Of a stretch of DNA of 64,000 bases, positions 29,469 through 40,622 are shown one piece after another. The DNA lies in IMG/VR virus record IMGVR_UViG_3300044949_001557, positions 107 through 64,106 of that record, one strand, 5' to 3'. The notes beneath the pieces were generated by a model, which worked only from the letters and a program-made list of their open reading frames with translations, was not told the DNA's origin and ran no database searches. Positions within the stretch are counted from its first letter, which is position 1. The number at the start of each line of letters is the position of its first letter. A program made the translations under genes and the position numbers. The stretch is from a virus (lineage: Duplodnaviria; Caudoviricetes).

Positions 29469-29971
29469 TTAGAGATCAAGATTTCGAGCGTTTGATTCGC
29501 GTGGAGTTTCGGGATATTTTGCCCAGCTTAATTTGGCAAAATGATCAAGGCGATTACGAAGCATTTGGTCGATATAGAATTGTTCCCCAGAAATTCGGAT
29601 ACAAAGTATTCATCAACGATCAAAGTCAGGGATTTTTTCACAGCACACGCACAGCCATAAGTTGGTGTGTGGCCGACAAATATCAACAATACAATTTGGC
29701 TCGGGATCTGTTGAATCTGGACAACATGTTGGAAAACATCAAAAACGACATATTTGTTCGTGCAGGTGTGGCCAACAAAAGTCGTGACCCGGTGCTGAAA
29801 GAAAACATAGAAATCAAACTGGAACTGAAAATTCTGCACAAAAAAGATATCGAAACTCAATTGAACAAATGTTTAAATTGGGCTAAATACCTACAGCAAA
29901 AAGGATTCGAAAATGAAACTGCAAGATCTGGCCACGCCACAACAATCAAAACAAACCGCTCGTGTGTTTGA
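29465..29971 (+). CDS. Hypothetical protein
   Basis: Coupled ORF. Confidence 0.65.
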   Translation: MIRDQDFERLIRVEFRDILPSLIWQNDQGDYEAFGRYRIVPQKFGYKVFINDQSQGFFHSTRTAISWCVADKYQQYNLARDLLNLDNMLENIKNDIFVRAGVANKSRDPVLKENIEIKLELKILHKKDIETQLNKCLNWAKYLQQKGFENETARSGHATTIKTNRSCV

Positions 29972-30611
29972 AAGTTTTTTTGGTCAAAACATTAGATTTG
30001 ATAATCTGAGTCGCAAGCAGACTCGCAACATGCTGAATCGCGTGCGCGGCCTAATACAAGAACAACGTCGCCAACCTGATTTTCATCGCAGCGAGAAAAA
30101 TTCTGCTTACTTGAAGCTCATGGTCATGGAACAAGGACTGGCAGCCAGAATGCGTGAAACTGAAGTTTTGCGTGAAGCCAGCGAAGTTCAACAAGCTCAA
30201 GTTGTGCTGGCAGCACAAGACATGGTAGACAAGATGCAGAAGATGTTGGAAGAAATCACTGCCATGCAGTTCAAAGATCTTCCTGCACTGGTTGACTCTA
30301 TCAAGAACGAAGTTGGCCAACAACAGGCCAACCAATTCAATGCTGATGCCACTGCTGCACTCAGCGGTCTGGTGCAAAATCTACAAGCTGGCAAACAGCA
30401 GATGGATGCTGCCCTGGGAGTTGTCACAGGCGAACCTGCTGCCATGGACACTGGCATGATGCCTGGAGCTGATGCTGGCGCTGTTGCAGATATGGATGCA
30501 GCAGGCGCAGATCTCGATGCCGCTGCCGCAGACCTTGACGCAGCCGCTGGTGCAGCAGGTGCCGAAGAACCTGCTGGCGCCGCTGCTGACCTGGGTCGTG
30601 AGCGCAGATAA
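29913..30611 (+). CDS. Probable prohead core/scaffold-like protein
   Basis: LRE sites; coiled coil; acidic Ala-rich tail ending LGRERR. Confidence 0.5.
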   Translation: MKLQDLATPQQSKQTARVFESFFGQNIRFDNLSRKQTRNMLNRVRGLIQEQRRQPDFHRSEKNSAYLKLMVMEQGLAARMRETEVLREASEVQQAQVVLAAQDMVDKMQKMLEEITAMQFKDLPALVDSIKNEVGQQQANQFNADATAALSGLVQNLQAGKQQMDAALGVVTGEPAAMDTGMMPGADAGAVADMDAAGADLDAAAADLDAAAGAAGAEEPAGAAADLGRERR

Positions 30612-30958
30612 TGCTGATTCGTGAATTTGAAGACGGCACGGCCAACACTAGAAAATTAGCCGCCCTGGTTGATTTTCTTGCTGGTCGCGCCGAAGATCAA
30701 AACGCACGAAAAGAAATCAGCAAACAAGCATTTATCAATGCAGCTAAAAACATTGGCGTCAATATCAATGACCAGATGCTGGACGAGTTGGTGCTCAAAG
30801 AGCCGCTCAAAAACATACTGGAACCAGTTCAACCAAATTCGGATGTCATACGCTATCGCGGCAATCAAGAAGTCAACACTGCAATGTCAGTGGACACTGC
30901 ACAAGACATCGTAAACAAAAACGCCAAAGCCGCAATGAAACGCGGAATGAACAAATAA
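30611..30958 (+). CDS. Hypothetical (head-associated?) protein
   Basis: MLIREF N-terminus. Confidence 0.6.
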   Translation: MLIREFEDGTANTRKLAALVDFLAGRAEDQNARKEISKQAFINAAKNIGVNINDQMLDELVLKEPLKNILEPVQPNSDVIRYRGNQEVNTAMSVDTAQDIVNKNAKAAMKRGMNK

Positions 30959-30979
30959 TCAGACTGAGTAAACCAAAGG

Positions 30980-31008
30980 TTGACCTCAGGCGTTAAATAT
31001 AGTATAAT
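30980..31008 (+). promoter_or_regulatory. sigma70 promoter with an embedded TAAATA
   Basis: TTGACC-17-TATAAT; TAAATA within the spacer. Confidence 0.7.
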
Positions 31009-31026
31009 CCAAACAAGGAGAATACC

Positions 31027-31440
31027 ATGAAACGATTTGCAATCGTGTTTGCATTGTTTGCGTCTGCTGGTGCCATGGCCCAATACAACAATTATGGCAC
31101 TGTGGAAATTGTGAGAATTGAACCACGCATGATTACCACATATCAACAGCAGTGTCGAGAAGTGTCTGTTCAAACTCCTGCCACTTCGGGCAATGCAGCA
31201 GGTGGAGTTCTGGGAGCCATTGCAGGAGCTGCAATTGGCAATCAAATCGGCAGTGGTTCAGGACGTGACATTGCCACTGTGGTGGGTGGTGTGGTGGGTT
31301 ATCAAGCCGGTCGTGGCGAGTCGCAGCCCGGCGGAATCAGTTATCGCACAGTGTGTGATTCGGTGCCGGTCACAGTGCAGCGTGGTGAAACAGTGACTTT
31401 TAGATATCGAGGCCGAATGTTTAGTCAAACTTTCGATTAA
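31027..31440 (+). CDS. Secreted glycine-zipper 2TM protein
   Basis: Signal peptide; GGVLGAIAGAAIGNQIGSGSGR. Confidence 0.8.
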   Translation: MKRFAIVFALFASAGAMAQYNNYGTVEIVRIEPRMITTYQQQCREVSVQTPATSGNAAGGVLGAIAGAAIGNQIGSGSGRDIATVVGGVVGYQAGRGESQPGGISYRTVCDSVPVTVQRGETVTFRYRGRMFSQTFD

Positions 31441-31452
31441 CAAAGGAACAAT

Positions 31453-31836
31453 ATGGCATATTCGGAAAAAGTTGTGGAACATTATGAAAACCCACGCAAC
31501 GTGGGTAGTTTTGCCAAGGATGACCCCGATGTGGGCACTGGCATGGTCGGCGCACCGGCATGCGGTGACGTAATGAAATTACAAATTCGGGTAGAAGATG
31601 GCATCATCACAGACGCAAGATTCAAAACCTACGGTTGCGGTAGTGCAATCGCGAGTTCCTCTCTTGTTACCGAGTGGGTTAAAGGCAAGACGCTGGACGA
31701 GGCCGCAGCTCTTAAAAATAGCCAAATTGCTGAAGAACTTGCCCTGCCCCCAGTCAAAATCCATTGTTCAATCCTTGCTTCTGACGCCATCGCCGCTGCA
31801 ATCAAAGACTATAAAGAAAAACACGAGCAAACATAG
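31453..31836 (+). CDS. iscU: Fe-S cluster scaffold IscU
   Basis: GAPACGDVM, FKTYGCGSA and LPPVKIHCS motifs. Confidence 0.95.
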   Translation: MAYSEKVVEHYENPRNVGSFAKDDPDVGTGMVGAPACGDVMKLQIRVEDGIITDARFKTYGCGSAIASSSLVTEWVKGKTLDEAAALKNSQIAEELALPPVKIHCSILASDAIAAAIKDYKEKHEQT

Positions 31837-31862
31837 AGCAAATAACTTTGATAAATAAAGTT

Positions 31863-32627
31863 ATGAAAAATCTATGTAACTGTGGTTGTGGTATTTCTCT
31901 AAGAAAAGATAACAAAACCGGATATCAAAAAGGACACAAGCCTTGTCCTGTATGCGGGACACTTGTTAAAGAGTCTGGAATAGAATGCTGTTCAAAATCT
32001 TGTTCAGCAAAGTTGCATTGGCAGCGAAATCCAGATATGAAAGAGTCACGAATATGGAATGCTGATCGGTATGCGACTCGAGAAAAAAATAGGGACACCT
32101 GGACTAAAAAGTTGTCCGATTCATGCAAAGGCAGAATACCTTGGAATAAAAATACACAAGGATTACAAACGGCCTGGAACAAAAACTTACCAGCCAATCA
32201 ACAACCGTTTTACGGTAAAACTCATGATGCAGAATATTATCAAAAACGAGATAAAACTGTTTTTGAAAAATACGGCGTTATCTGTGCCCTTGAATTAGCA
32301 AAAACATCTCCAAGAAGTAAAAAAGAAAAACTTTTAGAAAATGTGTTAGTTGGATATCAAACAGACAAGCGAATAGGTAGATACAAACCTGATTACATAA
32401 ATGAAACCACAAAACACATAGTTGAAGTTTATGGCGATTATTGGCATTGTAATCCAACTGTATTCAAAGAAGATTTTTATCATCCCCAGTTAAAGAAAAC
32501 TGCTAGAGAAAAATGGCAATTGGATTCTGACAGACAAACATACCTGGAATCACTGGGATACAATGTTACTGTTGTTTGGGAAAGTAAATTGGAAGAATTT
32601 ATAAAACAATATGATAACGTTCACTGA
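31863..32627 (+). mobile_element. Free-standing homing endonuclease-like gene (Vsr/PD-(D/E)XK-type C-terminus)
   Basis: CNCGCG, CSKSC, PWNK repeats, PD...VEVYGDYWH and VVWES; AT-rich; sits between iscU and iscA. Confidence 0.75.
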
Positions 32628-32934
32628 CACCGCCCGAAACAAAATTGTCAAACTAATTGCAGCCAAGGGCTATGCAGGTATTCGGCTGGGCGTTCGAACC
32701 ACAGGTTGCAGTGGACTCGCATATGTGTTAGAATATGTGAACAAATATACACCTGAGCCAGGCTGCATCAACTATAGTCAGCCCGGATTTGTTGTGTTGG
32801 TAGATCAACGTCACGATGTGTATTTGCAAGGCATGATTGTGGATTATGTGAGACAAGGCCTCAACGAAGGTTTTGAATTTCGCAATCCCAACGAACGTGA
32901 TCGCTGTGGCTGCGGAGAAAGTTTTAGAGTTTAA
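32611..32934 (+). CDS. iscA: A-type Fe-S carrier IscA
   Basis: TTGCSGLAY and CGCGESF motifs. Confidence 0.92.
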   Translation: MITFTDTARNKIVKLIAAKGYAGIRLGVRTTGCSGLAYVLEYVNKYTPEPGCINYSQPGFVVLVDQRHDVYLQGMIVDYVRQGLNEGFEFRNPNERDRCGCGESFRV

Positions 32935-33890
32935 TGAACAATGAAATCATTATCAAAAGTCTGATTTACTTGTGGACCAGAAGACAATTTAACGAAATTT
33001 TTGTTTTTTGGCCGCACACTGCCTGGCAGGATATTGCCCAAGCTATTAAAAACTGTCCTCAGGGAATTTTCATTATCATCGGATATGATTACCCGCCGAA
33101 GGAACAATATCATTATCTTGATCATTGGTTAACTAGTAATAACATCACTGGTACCTTTTTTTTGTTAAACGAAGATTTTTTACAACCAATCGAGATAACA
33201 AAAAATCTAAGATCTATTGTGCCAGTTGGCTTATGCGTTAATACGATTTCAAACATTGCTTATCTCATTGATTTAAAATACAAAATAAAAGAAGAATTTG
33301 TAATCAACAACGATTCAACACCCGGGCAATGGTTATGTCTTACTAGGACTATTAGAAACCACCGTCAGATAGTAAAAGAAAATTGGATTGATAGATATCC
33401 TGATGACTTTGTGTTCAGTTTTGGTTCAGATAAATTTTTTGGAGAAATAGACTTTTACAACACTATTCCCAATTGTAGCCCAGAGATAGCCAATGGATTA
33501 AACTTTTTTTCATTGAAGGATGTTTATAATTCAGCTTGCGGAAGCATTGTATTAGAAACATGTGCAATTACACCAATAACCGAAAAAACTATACATGCAA
33601 TCTTGGCCCTACATCCTTTTATGTTGATTGCAAATCCGGGCACAATAGAATACCTTAGATCTCAAGGATTTGATGTGTTCGACGATATAATAAATCATCG
33701 TTACGACAATATCGATAACATTCATAGTCGAATTGACTGCATGTTCACTGACAATTTACATCTGATTAAAAATAAAATTGATAGAAGTCAGATTCTGACA
33801 AGATTATTAAAAAATCAAAAGAGAGTTTGGCACTATTACGACAATCAATTACAACACTTTGAAAAAACTCTACTACATTATCTTAAATAA
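32934..33890 (+). CDS. Hypothetical, glycosyltransferase-like protein
   Basis: LET...TEKT...HPF...LRSQGFDVF; AT-rich. Confidence 0.45.
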   Translation: MNNEIIIKSLIYLWTRRQFNEIFVFWPHTAWQDIAQAIKNCPQGIFIIIGYDYPPKEQYHYLDHWLTSNNITGTFFLLNEDFLQPIEITKNLRSIVPVGLCVNTISNIAYLIDLKYKIKEEFVINNDSTPGQWLCLTRTIRNHRQIVKENWIDRYPDDFVFSFGSDKFFGEIDFYNTIPNCSPEIANGLNFFSLKDVYNSACGSIVLETCAITPITEKTIHAILALHPFMLIANPGTIEYLRSQGFDVFDDIINHRYDNIDNIHSRIDCMFTDNLHLIKNKIDRSQILTRLLKNQKRVWHYYDNQLQHFEKTLLHYLK

Positions 33891-33902
33891 TTTTATTAAA
33901 CA

Positions 33903-34331
33903 ATGAAACAAAAATACATTGACCTATACATGGACTGGGCTCGGCGCACTGCTGAACTCAGTCATGCTCGTCGCCTGCAGGTAGGTGCGGTGATTGTCAA
34001 AGACGACACTGTGATCAGCTACGGCTACAATGGCATGCCCGCAGGTTGGGACAACAACTGCGAAGATGAAGTTTACCAACAAGACGGAACTGCAGGGCTG
34101 AAAACCAAACTCGAGGTCCTTCATGCTGAATCAAATTCTATTGCAAAACTGGCGAAATCTACTAACAGTGGCCTGGATGCTGATATCTTTATTACTCATG
34201 CTCCCTGTTTGGATTGTGCAAAACTGATCTATCAAGCAGGAATTCGTCGAGTGTATTTTGGTCAAGCATACAGAGACAACGCAGGCATTGAATTCTTGGA
34301 AAAATCTGGCATCACAGTAAACAAATTATGA
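33903..34331 (+). CDS. dCMP deaminase
   Basis: GYNG, HAE and PCLDC motifs. Confidence 0.9.
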   Translation: MKQKYIDLYMDWARRTAELSHARRLQVGAVIVKDDTVISYGYNGMPAGWDNNCEDEVYQQDGTAGLKTKLEVLHAESNSIAKLAKSTNSGLDADIFITHAPCLDCAKLIYQAGIRRVYFGQAYRDNAGIEFLEKSGITVNKL

Positions 34332-35038
34332 TCACTCAACGTTACAATTACGCACCACTTGACCGCACCACCATTGATGGCAAACGCCATTATTGTTTGC
34401 CCGATGGATCTAAGGTGCCCAGTGTCACAACCATTCTTGACAAAACCAAACCCAGGGAAAAGGTGGAAGCTTTGGCCAACTGGAAAAAGCGTGTGGGCGA
34501 AGTCAAGGCTCAAGAAATCACCACAGAAGCTGCTAACCGTGGAACACGAATGCATGCTTACTTGGAAGAATATGTATTAAAAGGGGACATGAAGCCATTG
34601 CCTAACAATCCCTTTGCACACCCAAGCTGGTTCATGGCTGCTGAAGTAATCCTCAAAGGTCTCCAGCATGTAGACGAATTTTGGGGTGTAGAAGTCCCAT
34701 TGTATTACAGTGGGTTATATGCAGGGACAACAGACTTGATTGGTATGTGGAAGGGTCGGCCTGCTATCATGGACTTTAAACAAACCAACCGTCCCAAAAA
34801 GCGTGAGTGGATCGAAGACTATTTTTTGCAGTTAGCAGCGTATGCAGCAGCTCACAATGAAATACATGGAACCACTATTGATCAAGGTGTTATTTTAATG
34901 GCGTGCCAACCCAAACAGCTAGAAGACGGCAGCTATACCACCCCAGAATACATGGAGTTCGAAGTCAATCCTGATGAGTTTGCGCATTGGGCCAATGAGT
35001 GGATGAAACGAGTAGAGCTATACTACTTGACACGCTAA
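34328..35038 (+). CDS. PD-(D/E)XK exonuclease
   Basis: PSVTTIL, RGTRMH, AGTTD, DFKQ and QLAAY motifs. Confidence 0.85.
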   Translation: MITQRYNYAPLDRTTIDGKRHYCLPDGSKVPSVTTILDKTKPREKVEALANWKKRVGEVKAQEITTEAANRGTRMHAYLEEYVLKGDMKPLPNNPFAHPSWFMAAEVILKGLQHVDEFWGVEVPLYYSGLYAGTTDLIGMWKGRPAIMDFKQTNRPKKREWIEDYFLQLAAYAAAHNEIHGTTIDQGVILMACQPKQLEDGSYTTPEYMEFEVNPDEFAHWANEWMKRVELYYLTR

Positions 35039-35065
35039 ATATGTGATAGATCAAGGACTATCACA

Positions 35066-36655
35066 GTGGCTATTGTTCAAATTTCAAGAATTACAAACCG
35101 CAAAGGTTTACAACAAGATTTACCTCAGCTTGCCGGTGCAGAATTGGGCTGGAGCATCGATGAACGTCGCTTGTTCATAGGCAACGGCACACTGGAAGAA
35201 GGTGCCCCAGTTGTTGGCAACACAGAAATTCTCACAGAATTCTCCGACATATTGGCATTTCAAACCACCTATACCTACAAAGGTGAAGCAGCTGGTTACG
35301 TAGTTCAAACTGGTCCCACGCCCGGAACCCCAGTCAGCCAAAGTCTACAATCTTGGCTAGACCAGTATGCCAGTGTCAAAGACTTTGGCGCAGTAGGCGA
35401 CGGAGTCACTGATGACACCGATGCCATTAATCGCGCACTGTATCAACTATTTTGCAGAGAAGTCAACCCGCAGATACGAAGAAGCTTGTTTTTCCCTGCT
35501 GGTGTTTACAAAGTCAATGCAACCATTGTGATTCCTCCATTTGCTACCTTGTATGGCGAAGGCAAAGATAACTCTGTGATTTCCATGACCCCGGGTGATG
35601 ACAGCGCACTGCGAGCTTATGTGGCCAGAACCGGCGACAGCCTGCAGCAGACTGGTGCTAACATTGGCAACAATGGAGCCATTGTTCCACAGTATGTGAC
35701 TGTTAGAGACATGGGATTTGAAACACTGGATAATGCAGTGGATGTATTTTTAGTAGACAGTGCAGTCAACTGCTCATTTGTTGATGTTAACTTCATGGGA
35801 CCATTGACTACGGCAGATCTTGACACTGATGCAGACAATATTGCTGGTGTGAGATTCAACAGTTCTGCTTCGTTGATATGCCAGTCGATAACATTTGATC
35901 AGTGCACATTCACTGGCACAACCTACGGCATCAACACCGATGAACAAATACAGGGTATCACAGTCAGCAACAGCAAATTTGATACTTTGTTCAAGGGTGT
36001 TGTGCTAGGAGATGTGGCACCTGTCTCGGGCGGTGCCACTGGATTTAGAGTATTGCACAATTTTTTCAACAACATTTATGCCCAAGGTGTGATATTCGGT
36101 GCTATTGAGCTCAATGCCACTGGACACAATATTTTCTATGATGTTGGAAACCACTTCGATGGTGTGACAAATCCTGCTACCTCTATAATCTCTGTTGAAA
36201 ATTCAAACAATGTCTGTATTGCTGACATGTTTGAAAGAACCGCTGTATATTCTGATACCTACCCAAGAATAGATCTTTTTAATCAGGCCAGTATTGGCAT
36301 GGTCAGTGGAAGCATCATTGACATTGGGCCCAACGCCATTGAAGCACAGGCCGAGCAGACATTGGTCAACAATACCGTCAATCAAACTTTTTATACATTT
36401 AGTATCTTGATTTTTAGATCAGTGACAATTAACTACAGCATTGTTAGAGATACTGGTATAAGACAAGGATCTTTAAAAATTGTTCCCACCGGTGGCGGAA
36501 CACTGACCTATGATGATGACTATTCGGAAAATTTATCAACAGGTGTAACATTTTCAGTATCTCAATCCACCAACCAGGTTGATGTTAAATATACTACCAG
36601 CAACACAGGCATCGATGGAACAATTGTGTTTTCAGTATCTGCTTTCCGAATTTAA
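35066..36655 (+). CDS. Tail/baseplate protein with a pectate-lyase-like beta-helix
   Basis: LAGAELGW...RLFIG; VKDFGAVGDGVTDDT; FFPAGVY. Confidence 0.75.
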   Translation: MAIVQISRITNRKGLQQDLPQLAGAELGWSIDERRLFIGNGTLEEGAPVVGNTEILTEFSDILAFQTTYTYKGEAAGYVVQTGPTPGTPVSQSLQSWLDQYASVKDFGAVGDGVTDDTDAINRALYQLFCREVNPQIRRSLFFPAGVYKVNATIVIPPFATLYGEGKDNSVISMTPGDDSALRAYVARTGDSLQQTGANIGNNGAIVPQYVTVRDMGFETLDNAVDVFLVDSAVNCSFVDVNFMGPLTTADLDTDADNIAGVRFNSSASLICQSITFDQCTFTGTTYGINTDEQIQGITVSNSKFDTLFKGVVLGDVAPVSGGATGFRVLHNFFNNIYAQGVIFGAIELNATGHNIFYDVGNHFDGVTNPATSIISVENSNNVCIADMFERTAVYSDTYPRIDLFNQASIGMVSGSIIDIGPNAIEAQAEQTLVNNTVNQTFYTFSILIFRSVTINYSIVRDTGIRQGSLKIVPTGGGTLTYDDDYSENLSTGVTFSVSQSTNQVDVKYTTSNTGIDGTIVFSVSAFRI

Positions 36656-37080
36656 TGTGGCCACACACCTTTCAGCTTAGGCTTGACGCCTGGGCCGACC
36701 TACGTCATCAACTACAAAATCAGCCGGCACACACTGCACTGACCCAAATCAATTCCTGGTGGTTTCGCTGCCCCTGGCGACCTTACCATTTACACTGGGA
36801 TGATCAAGACACTTGGCCCGATCCCTGGGAACTTTTGAGCGACAATATCTATTGTGATGTTGCAAGAGGGCTAGGAATACTGTATACTATAAGTTTGCTG
36901 GACCATGCAGATTTGACAGATGCAGAGCTGATTTTGACACAGCAAGGGCACAATTTAGTCCTAGTAGGCCAAAGAAAATATATACTGAATTGGGACAGAG
37001 ACACCATCGTAAATACCAACCACGAGTTAGAAATTAAACAGCATTTGACTCAAAAACAAGTGCAACAAAAATACAATTAA
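36655..37080 (+). CDS. Hypothetical protein
   Basis: WPDPWELL...YC; coupled to the tail gene. Confidence 0.6.
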   Translation: MWPHTFQLRLDAWADLRHQLQNQPAHTALTQINSWWFRCPWRPYHLHWDDQDTWPDPWELLSDNIYCDVARGLGILYTISLLDHADLTDAELILTQQGHNLVLVGQRKYILNWDRDTIVNTNHELEIKQHLTQKQVQQKYN

Positions 37081-37089
37081 GAGTAAACA

Positions 37090-39408
37090 ATGACGCAGAT
37101 TACAGTGGTAAAGAGAAACGGCCAGCGAGAGCCGTTGCATATTGAAAAATGGCAGAATCAGGTAGCCAAGGTCTGTAAAGGAATAGCTGATGTAAGTCAG
37201 TCAATGATAGAAATCAAAGCCCAACTACATTTTTACGACGGTATTACCACAAAAGAAATCGACGGTATCTCACTGAGAGCTATTGTGGACTTAATCGATG
37301 TGGAATCCAATCCCGATGTTGGTCATACCAACTATCAATATGTAGCAGGCAAGCAACGTCTCAGCATGTTGCGCAAAGATGTGTATGGTAGCTACGAGCC
37401 CCCGAGTCTGTATGAAATTGTCAAACGCAACGTTGCAGTAGGACTTTATACTGCTGAACTTCTAGAATGGTATTCAGAAGAAGACTGGAACCGCATGAAT
37501 GACATGATCGATCATTCCAAGGATGAACAATACAGTTATGCTGCTATCGAGCAGCTGATTGAAAAATATTTGGTGCGCAACAGAGCCACCAAGGAAATCT
37601 TTGAAACACCTCAGGTGCGATACATGATTGCTGCGGCCACTGTGTTCCATCGAGAGGAACCCAATAGTGCGAGACTGCGCTATATCAAGGAGTATTACAA
37701 TGCAGCTTCTGACGGTCTATTTACTCTCGCAACTCCTGTTCTTGCTGGGCTTGGCACTCCCACTAAGCAATTCAGTAGTTGTGTGCTCATTCGTAGTGAT
37801 GATGATCTTGACTCCATTTTTGCTAGTGGCGAAATGATGGCCAAGTATGCCAGCAAACGTGCTGGTATTGGTTTAGAGATTGGTCGACTACGTCCATTGG
37901 GTAGTCCTATTCGTGGTGGCGAAATCATGCACACTGGCATGATTCCCTTCTTAAAGAAATGGTTTGGCGATCTACGCTCATGTTCACAAGGTGGTATTCG
38001 CAATGCTTCGGCTACAGTTTTTTATCCAATCTGGCATCATCAATTCGATGATCTTATTGTGCTCAAGAACAATCAAGGAACCGAAGAAACACGAGTCCGA
38101 CACATGGATTACGGTGTGGTCCTATCTGCTTTCTTTTGGCGTAGATTTAAAAACAAAGAGCATATCACTTTCTTTGACCCCAATGAAGTTCCTGACCTAT
38201 ATGAAGCCTTCTACCGAGACACTGCTCTTTTTGAGGATCTCTATGTCCGCTATGAAGCTAGATCTGACCTCCGGAAGAAAACTATGTCTGCAGAAGAAGT
38301 TTTCAAATCTGGCATCCTTAAGGAGAGAACAGACACTGGTCGTATCTATCTAGTGTTCATTGACAACGTGATGAACCAGGGTCCGTTTGACCCCGAGTAT
38401 CATACCATTTACCAGAGTAATCTTTGCTGTGAAATTCTCTTACCTACAAAGCCTTTCAAGCGACTTGACGATGCTGAGGGCAGGATCGCCTTATGCACCC
38501 TTGGTAGTATCAACTGGGGTGCGTTCCGCCATCCTGAGGACATGCGTCGTGCTTGCCGTATTCTTCAAAGAAGCTTGTGCAACATCCTTGACTACCAAGA
38601 CTTCTTATCAATCCAGAGTCGACTATCCAACGAAGAAATACAACCACTGGGCATCGGCGTTACTAACCTTGCTTACTGGCATGCACGTCGAAATCTCAGC
38701 TACGGTGATGCGGATGCTCTATCGGAGGTCAAGTCGTGGATGGAGCACCAAGCATACTACCTCACCGAAGCAACTGTGGAGTTGGCTAAAGAACGTGGTC
38801 GTTGCAAAGATTCGGACCGAACCTGGTATGGTCAGGGTATCTTTCCTTGGGAACGACGTGCCGCTGGAGTCAACGAACTCACGGACTTTTCACCTGAGTT
38901 GAACTGGGAAGCACTTCGTGGGGAAATAAAAACTCACGGGGTTCGTAATGCCACGCTGATGGCCATTGCTCCAGTTGAGTCCAGTTCAGTGGTAATTAAT
39001 TCTACCAATGGCATCGAAATGCCCATGAGCCTGATCACTGTCAAAGAATCTAAGGCTGGAAGTTTCACACAGGTAGTTCCTGAATATCACAAGTTAAAAA
39101 ACAAATATCAGTTGATGTGGGATCAAGCCAACTGCGAAGGCTATATCAAAACAGCAGCAGTGCTGCAAGTCTACGTGGATCAGTCAATCTCTACCAACAC
39201 ATTCTACAACCCTGCGCATTTCGCAGATCGCAAGGTTCCTACCACATTGATTGCTCGCAACCTCATGCTGGCGCATCACTGGGGTATTAAAACATTCTAT
39301 TACAGTTTGATCAACAAACAAGGTTCTAAACAAAAAGATGAAGTGGCAATGCCAGTCTTGGAAGAAGTCGACCTTGACGATGCCGACTGTGAAGCTTGCA
39401 AACTCTAA
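37090..39408 (+). CDS. nrdA: Class Ia ribonucleotide reductase alpha subunit
   Basis: ATP cone, FSSCV, SNLCCEI, KTFYY and C-terminal CEAC. Confidence 0.95.
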   Translation: MTQITVVKRNGQREPLHIEKWQNQVAKVCKGIADVSQSMIEIKAQLHFYDGITTKEIDGISLRAIVDLIDVESNPDVGHTNYQYVAGKQRLSMLRKDVYGSYEPPSLYEIVKRNVAVGLYTAELLEWYSEEDWNRMNDMIDHSKDEQYSYAAIEQLIEKYLVRNRATKEIFETPQVRYMIAAATVFHREEPNSARLRYIKEYYNAASDGLFTLATPVLAGLGTPTKQFSSCVLIRSDDDLDSIFASGEMMAKYASKRAGIGLEIGRLRPLGSPIRGGEIMHTGMIPFLKKWFGDLRSCSQGGIRNASATVFYPIWHHQFDDLIVLKNNQGTEETRVRHMDYGVVLSAFFWRRFKNKEHITFFDPNEVPDLYEAFYRDTALFEDLYVRYEARSDLRKKTMSAEEVFKSGILKERTDTGRIYLVFIDNVMNQGPFDPEYHTIYQSNLCCEILLPTKPFKRLDDAEGRIALCTLGSINWGAFRHPEDMRRACRILQRSLCNILDYQDFLSIQSRLSNEEIQPLGIGVTNLAYWHARRNLSYGDADALSEVKSWMEHQAYYLTEATVELAKERGRCKDSDRTWYGQGIFPWERRAAGVNELTDFSPELNWEALRGEIKTHGVRNATLMAIAPVESSSVVINSTNGIEMPMSLITVKESKAGSFTQVVPEYHKLKNKYQLMWDQANCEGYIKTAAVLQVYVDQSISTNTFYNPAHFADRKVPTTLIARNLMLAHHWGIKTFYYSLINKQGSKQKDEVAMPVLEEVDLDDADCEACKL

Positions 39409-39416
39409 GAATCAAA

Positions 39417-40622
39417 ATGAAAAAGCGTAATTATACACCGGAAACAGTTCGTCGCCTGCAAGGCAGTGTTCAAGTTGAGCATACATTAGCACGTCGTGGT
39501 GCACACAAACTACGCGAACTGTTGGCCAATGAACCGTATATCAACACTCTCGGAGCCTACAATGGCCAACAGGCTGTGCAACACGCCAAGGCCGGACTCA
39601 AGGCCATTTATCTATCAGGATGGCAAGTGGCTGCTGCCAACAACACACAAAACACAACCTACCCTGATCAGAGTTTGTATCCTGTGGACTCGGTGCCACG
39701 TGTGGTCAAAGGTATCAACAATGCTTTCCGGCGCGCTGATCAGATCGAACACAGTGAAGGCGAAGTTACTACAGATTACTTCCTGCCTATTGTGGCCGAT
39801 GCCGAAGCTGGTTTCGGAGGTGCACTGAATGCCTACGAACTAATGAGTCACATGATTGAAGCAGGTGCAGCAGGAGTTCACTTTGAAGATCAATTGGCGT
39901 CGGAAAAGAAATGCGGACATCTGGGTGGCAAAGTTCTTGTGCCCACCAGCCAAATGATTCGCACACTGAACGCCGCACGTTTAGCCGCAGACGTAGCAGG
40001 GGTTGACACAGTTATCATGGCCCGCACCGATGCAGAAGCTGCCACACTAATCACATCAGACCATGATCCACTAGACAAGGACTTTATCATCAATGAACGC
40101 ACAGAAGAAGGATTTTATAAATTCCGCAATGGAATTGACGCTTGTATCGCTCGTGGCCTTGCTTATGCCCCTTACGCTGATCTACTTTGGTTTGAAACTT
40201 CAACCCCCGATATCCAACAAGCCAAACAATTTGCAGACGCAATTCACGCCCAATACCCAGACCAGCTGCTGGCCTATAACTGCTCACCCAGTTTCAACTG
40301 GCGCAAATTTTTGTCTGAAGAAGAATGTGAAACATTCCAGCGAGAACTTGGCGAATTAGGCTACCGGTTCCAGTTCATTACATTGGCAGGTTTTCACAGC
40401 GTTAACTTGGCCACATTTGAACTTGCTGAAGCCTATCGCGAACGTGGCATGGCTGGCTACGCAGAAATGCAGGAGCGCGAGTTTGCAGCTCAAGAGCGTG
40501 GGTTCACCACAGTCAAACATCAACGTGAAGTTGGCGTGGGATATTTTGACTTGATCAGTGAAGCTGTTGGTGCTACAAGCACAGTGGCCAACAAGCACAG
40601 CACCGAAGCACATCAATTTTAA
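39417..40622 (+). CDS. aceA: Isocitrate lyase
   Basis: [41 protein letters not shown] and HQREVG motifs. Confidence 0.95.
   Translation: MKKRNYTPETVRRLQGSVQVEHTLARRGAHKLRELLANEPYINTLGAYNGQQAVQHAKAGLKAIYLSGWQVAAANNTQNTTYPDQSLYPVDSVPRVVKGINNAFRRADQIEHSEGEVTTDYFLPIVADAEAGFGGALNAYELMSHMIEAGAAGVHFEDQLASEKKCGHLGGKVLVPTSQMIRTLNAARLAADVAGVDTVIMARTDAEAATLITSDHDPLDKDFIINERTEEGFYKFRNGIDACIARGLAYAPYADLLWFETSTPDIQQAKQFADAIHAQYPDQLLAYNCSPSFNWRKFLSEEECETFQRELGELGYRFQFITLAGFHSVNLATFELAEAYRERGMAGYAEMQEREFAAQERGFTTVKHQREVGVGYFDLISEAVGATSTVANKHSTEAHQF

Noticed and set aside
30470-30600. Short tandem-like GCC/GCA repeats (also 25740-25830)
   Set aside because: Explained by Ala/Asp-rich low-complexity protein linkers
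34328-35038. Cas4 / CRISPR adaptation gene
   Set aside because: Lacks the Cas4 Fe-S cysteines; an ordinary phage PD-(D/E)XK exonuclease
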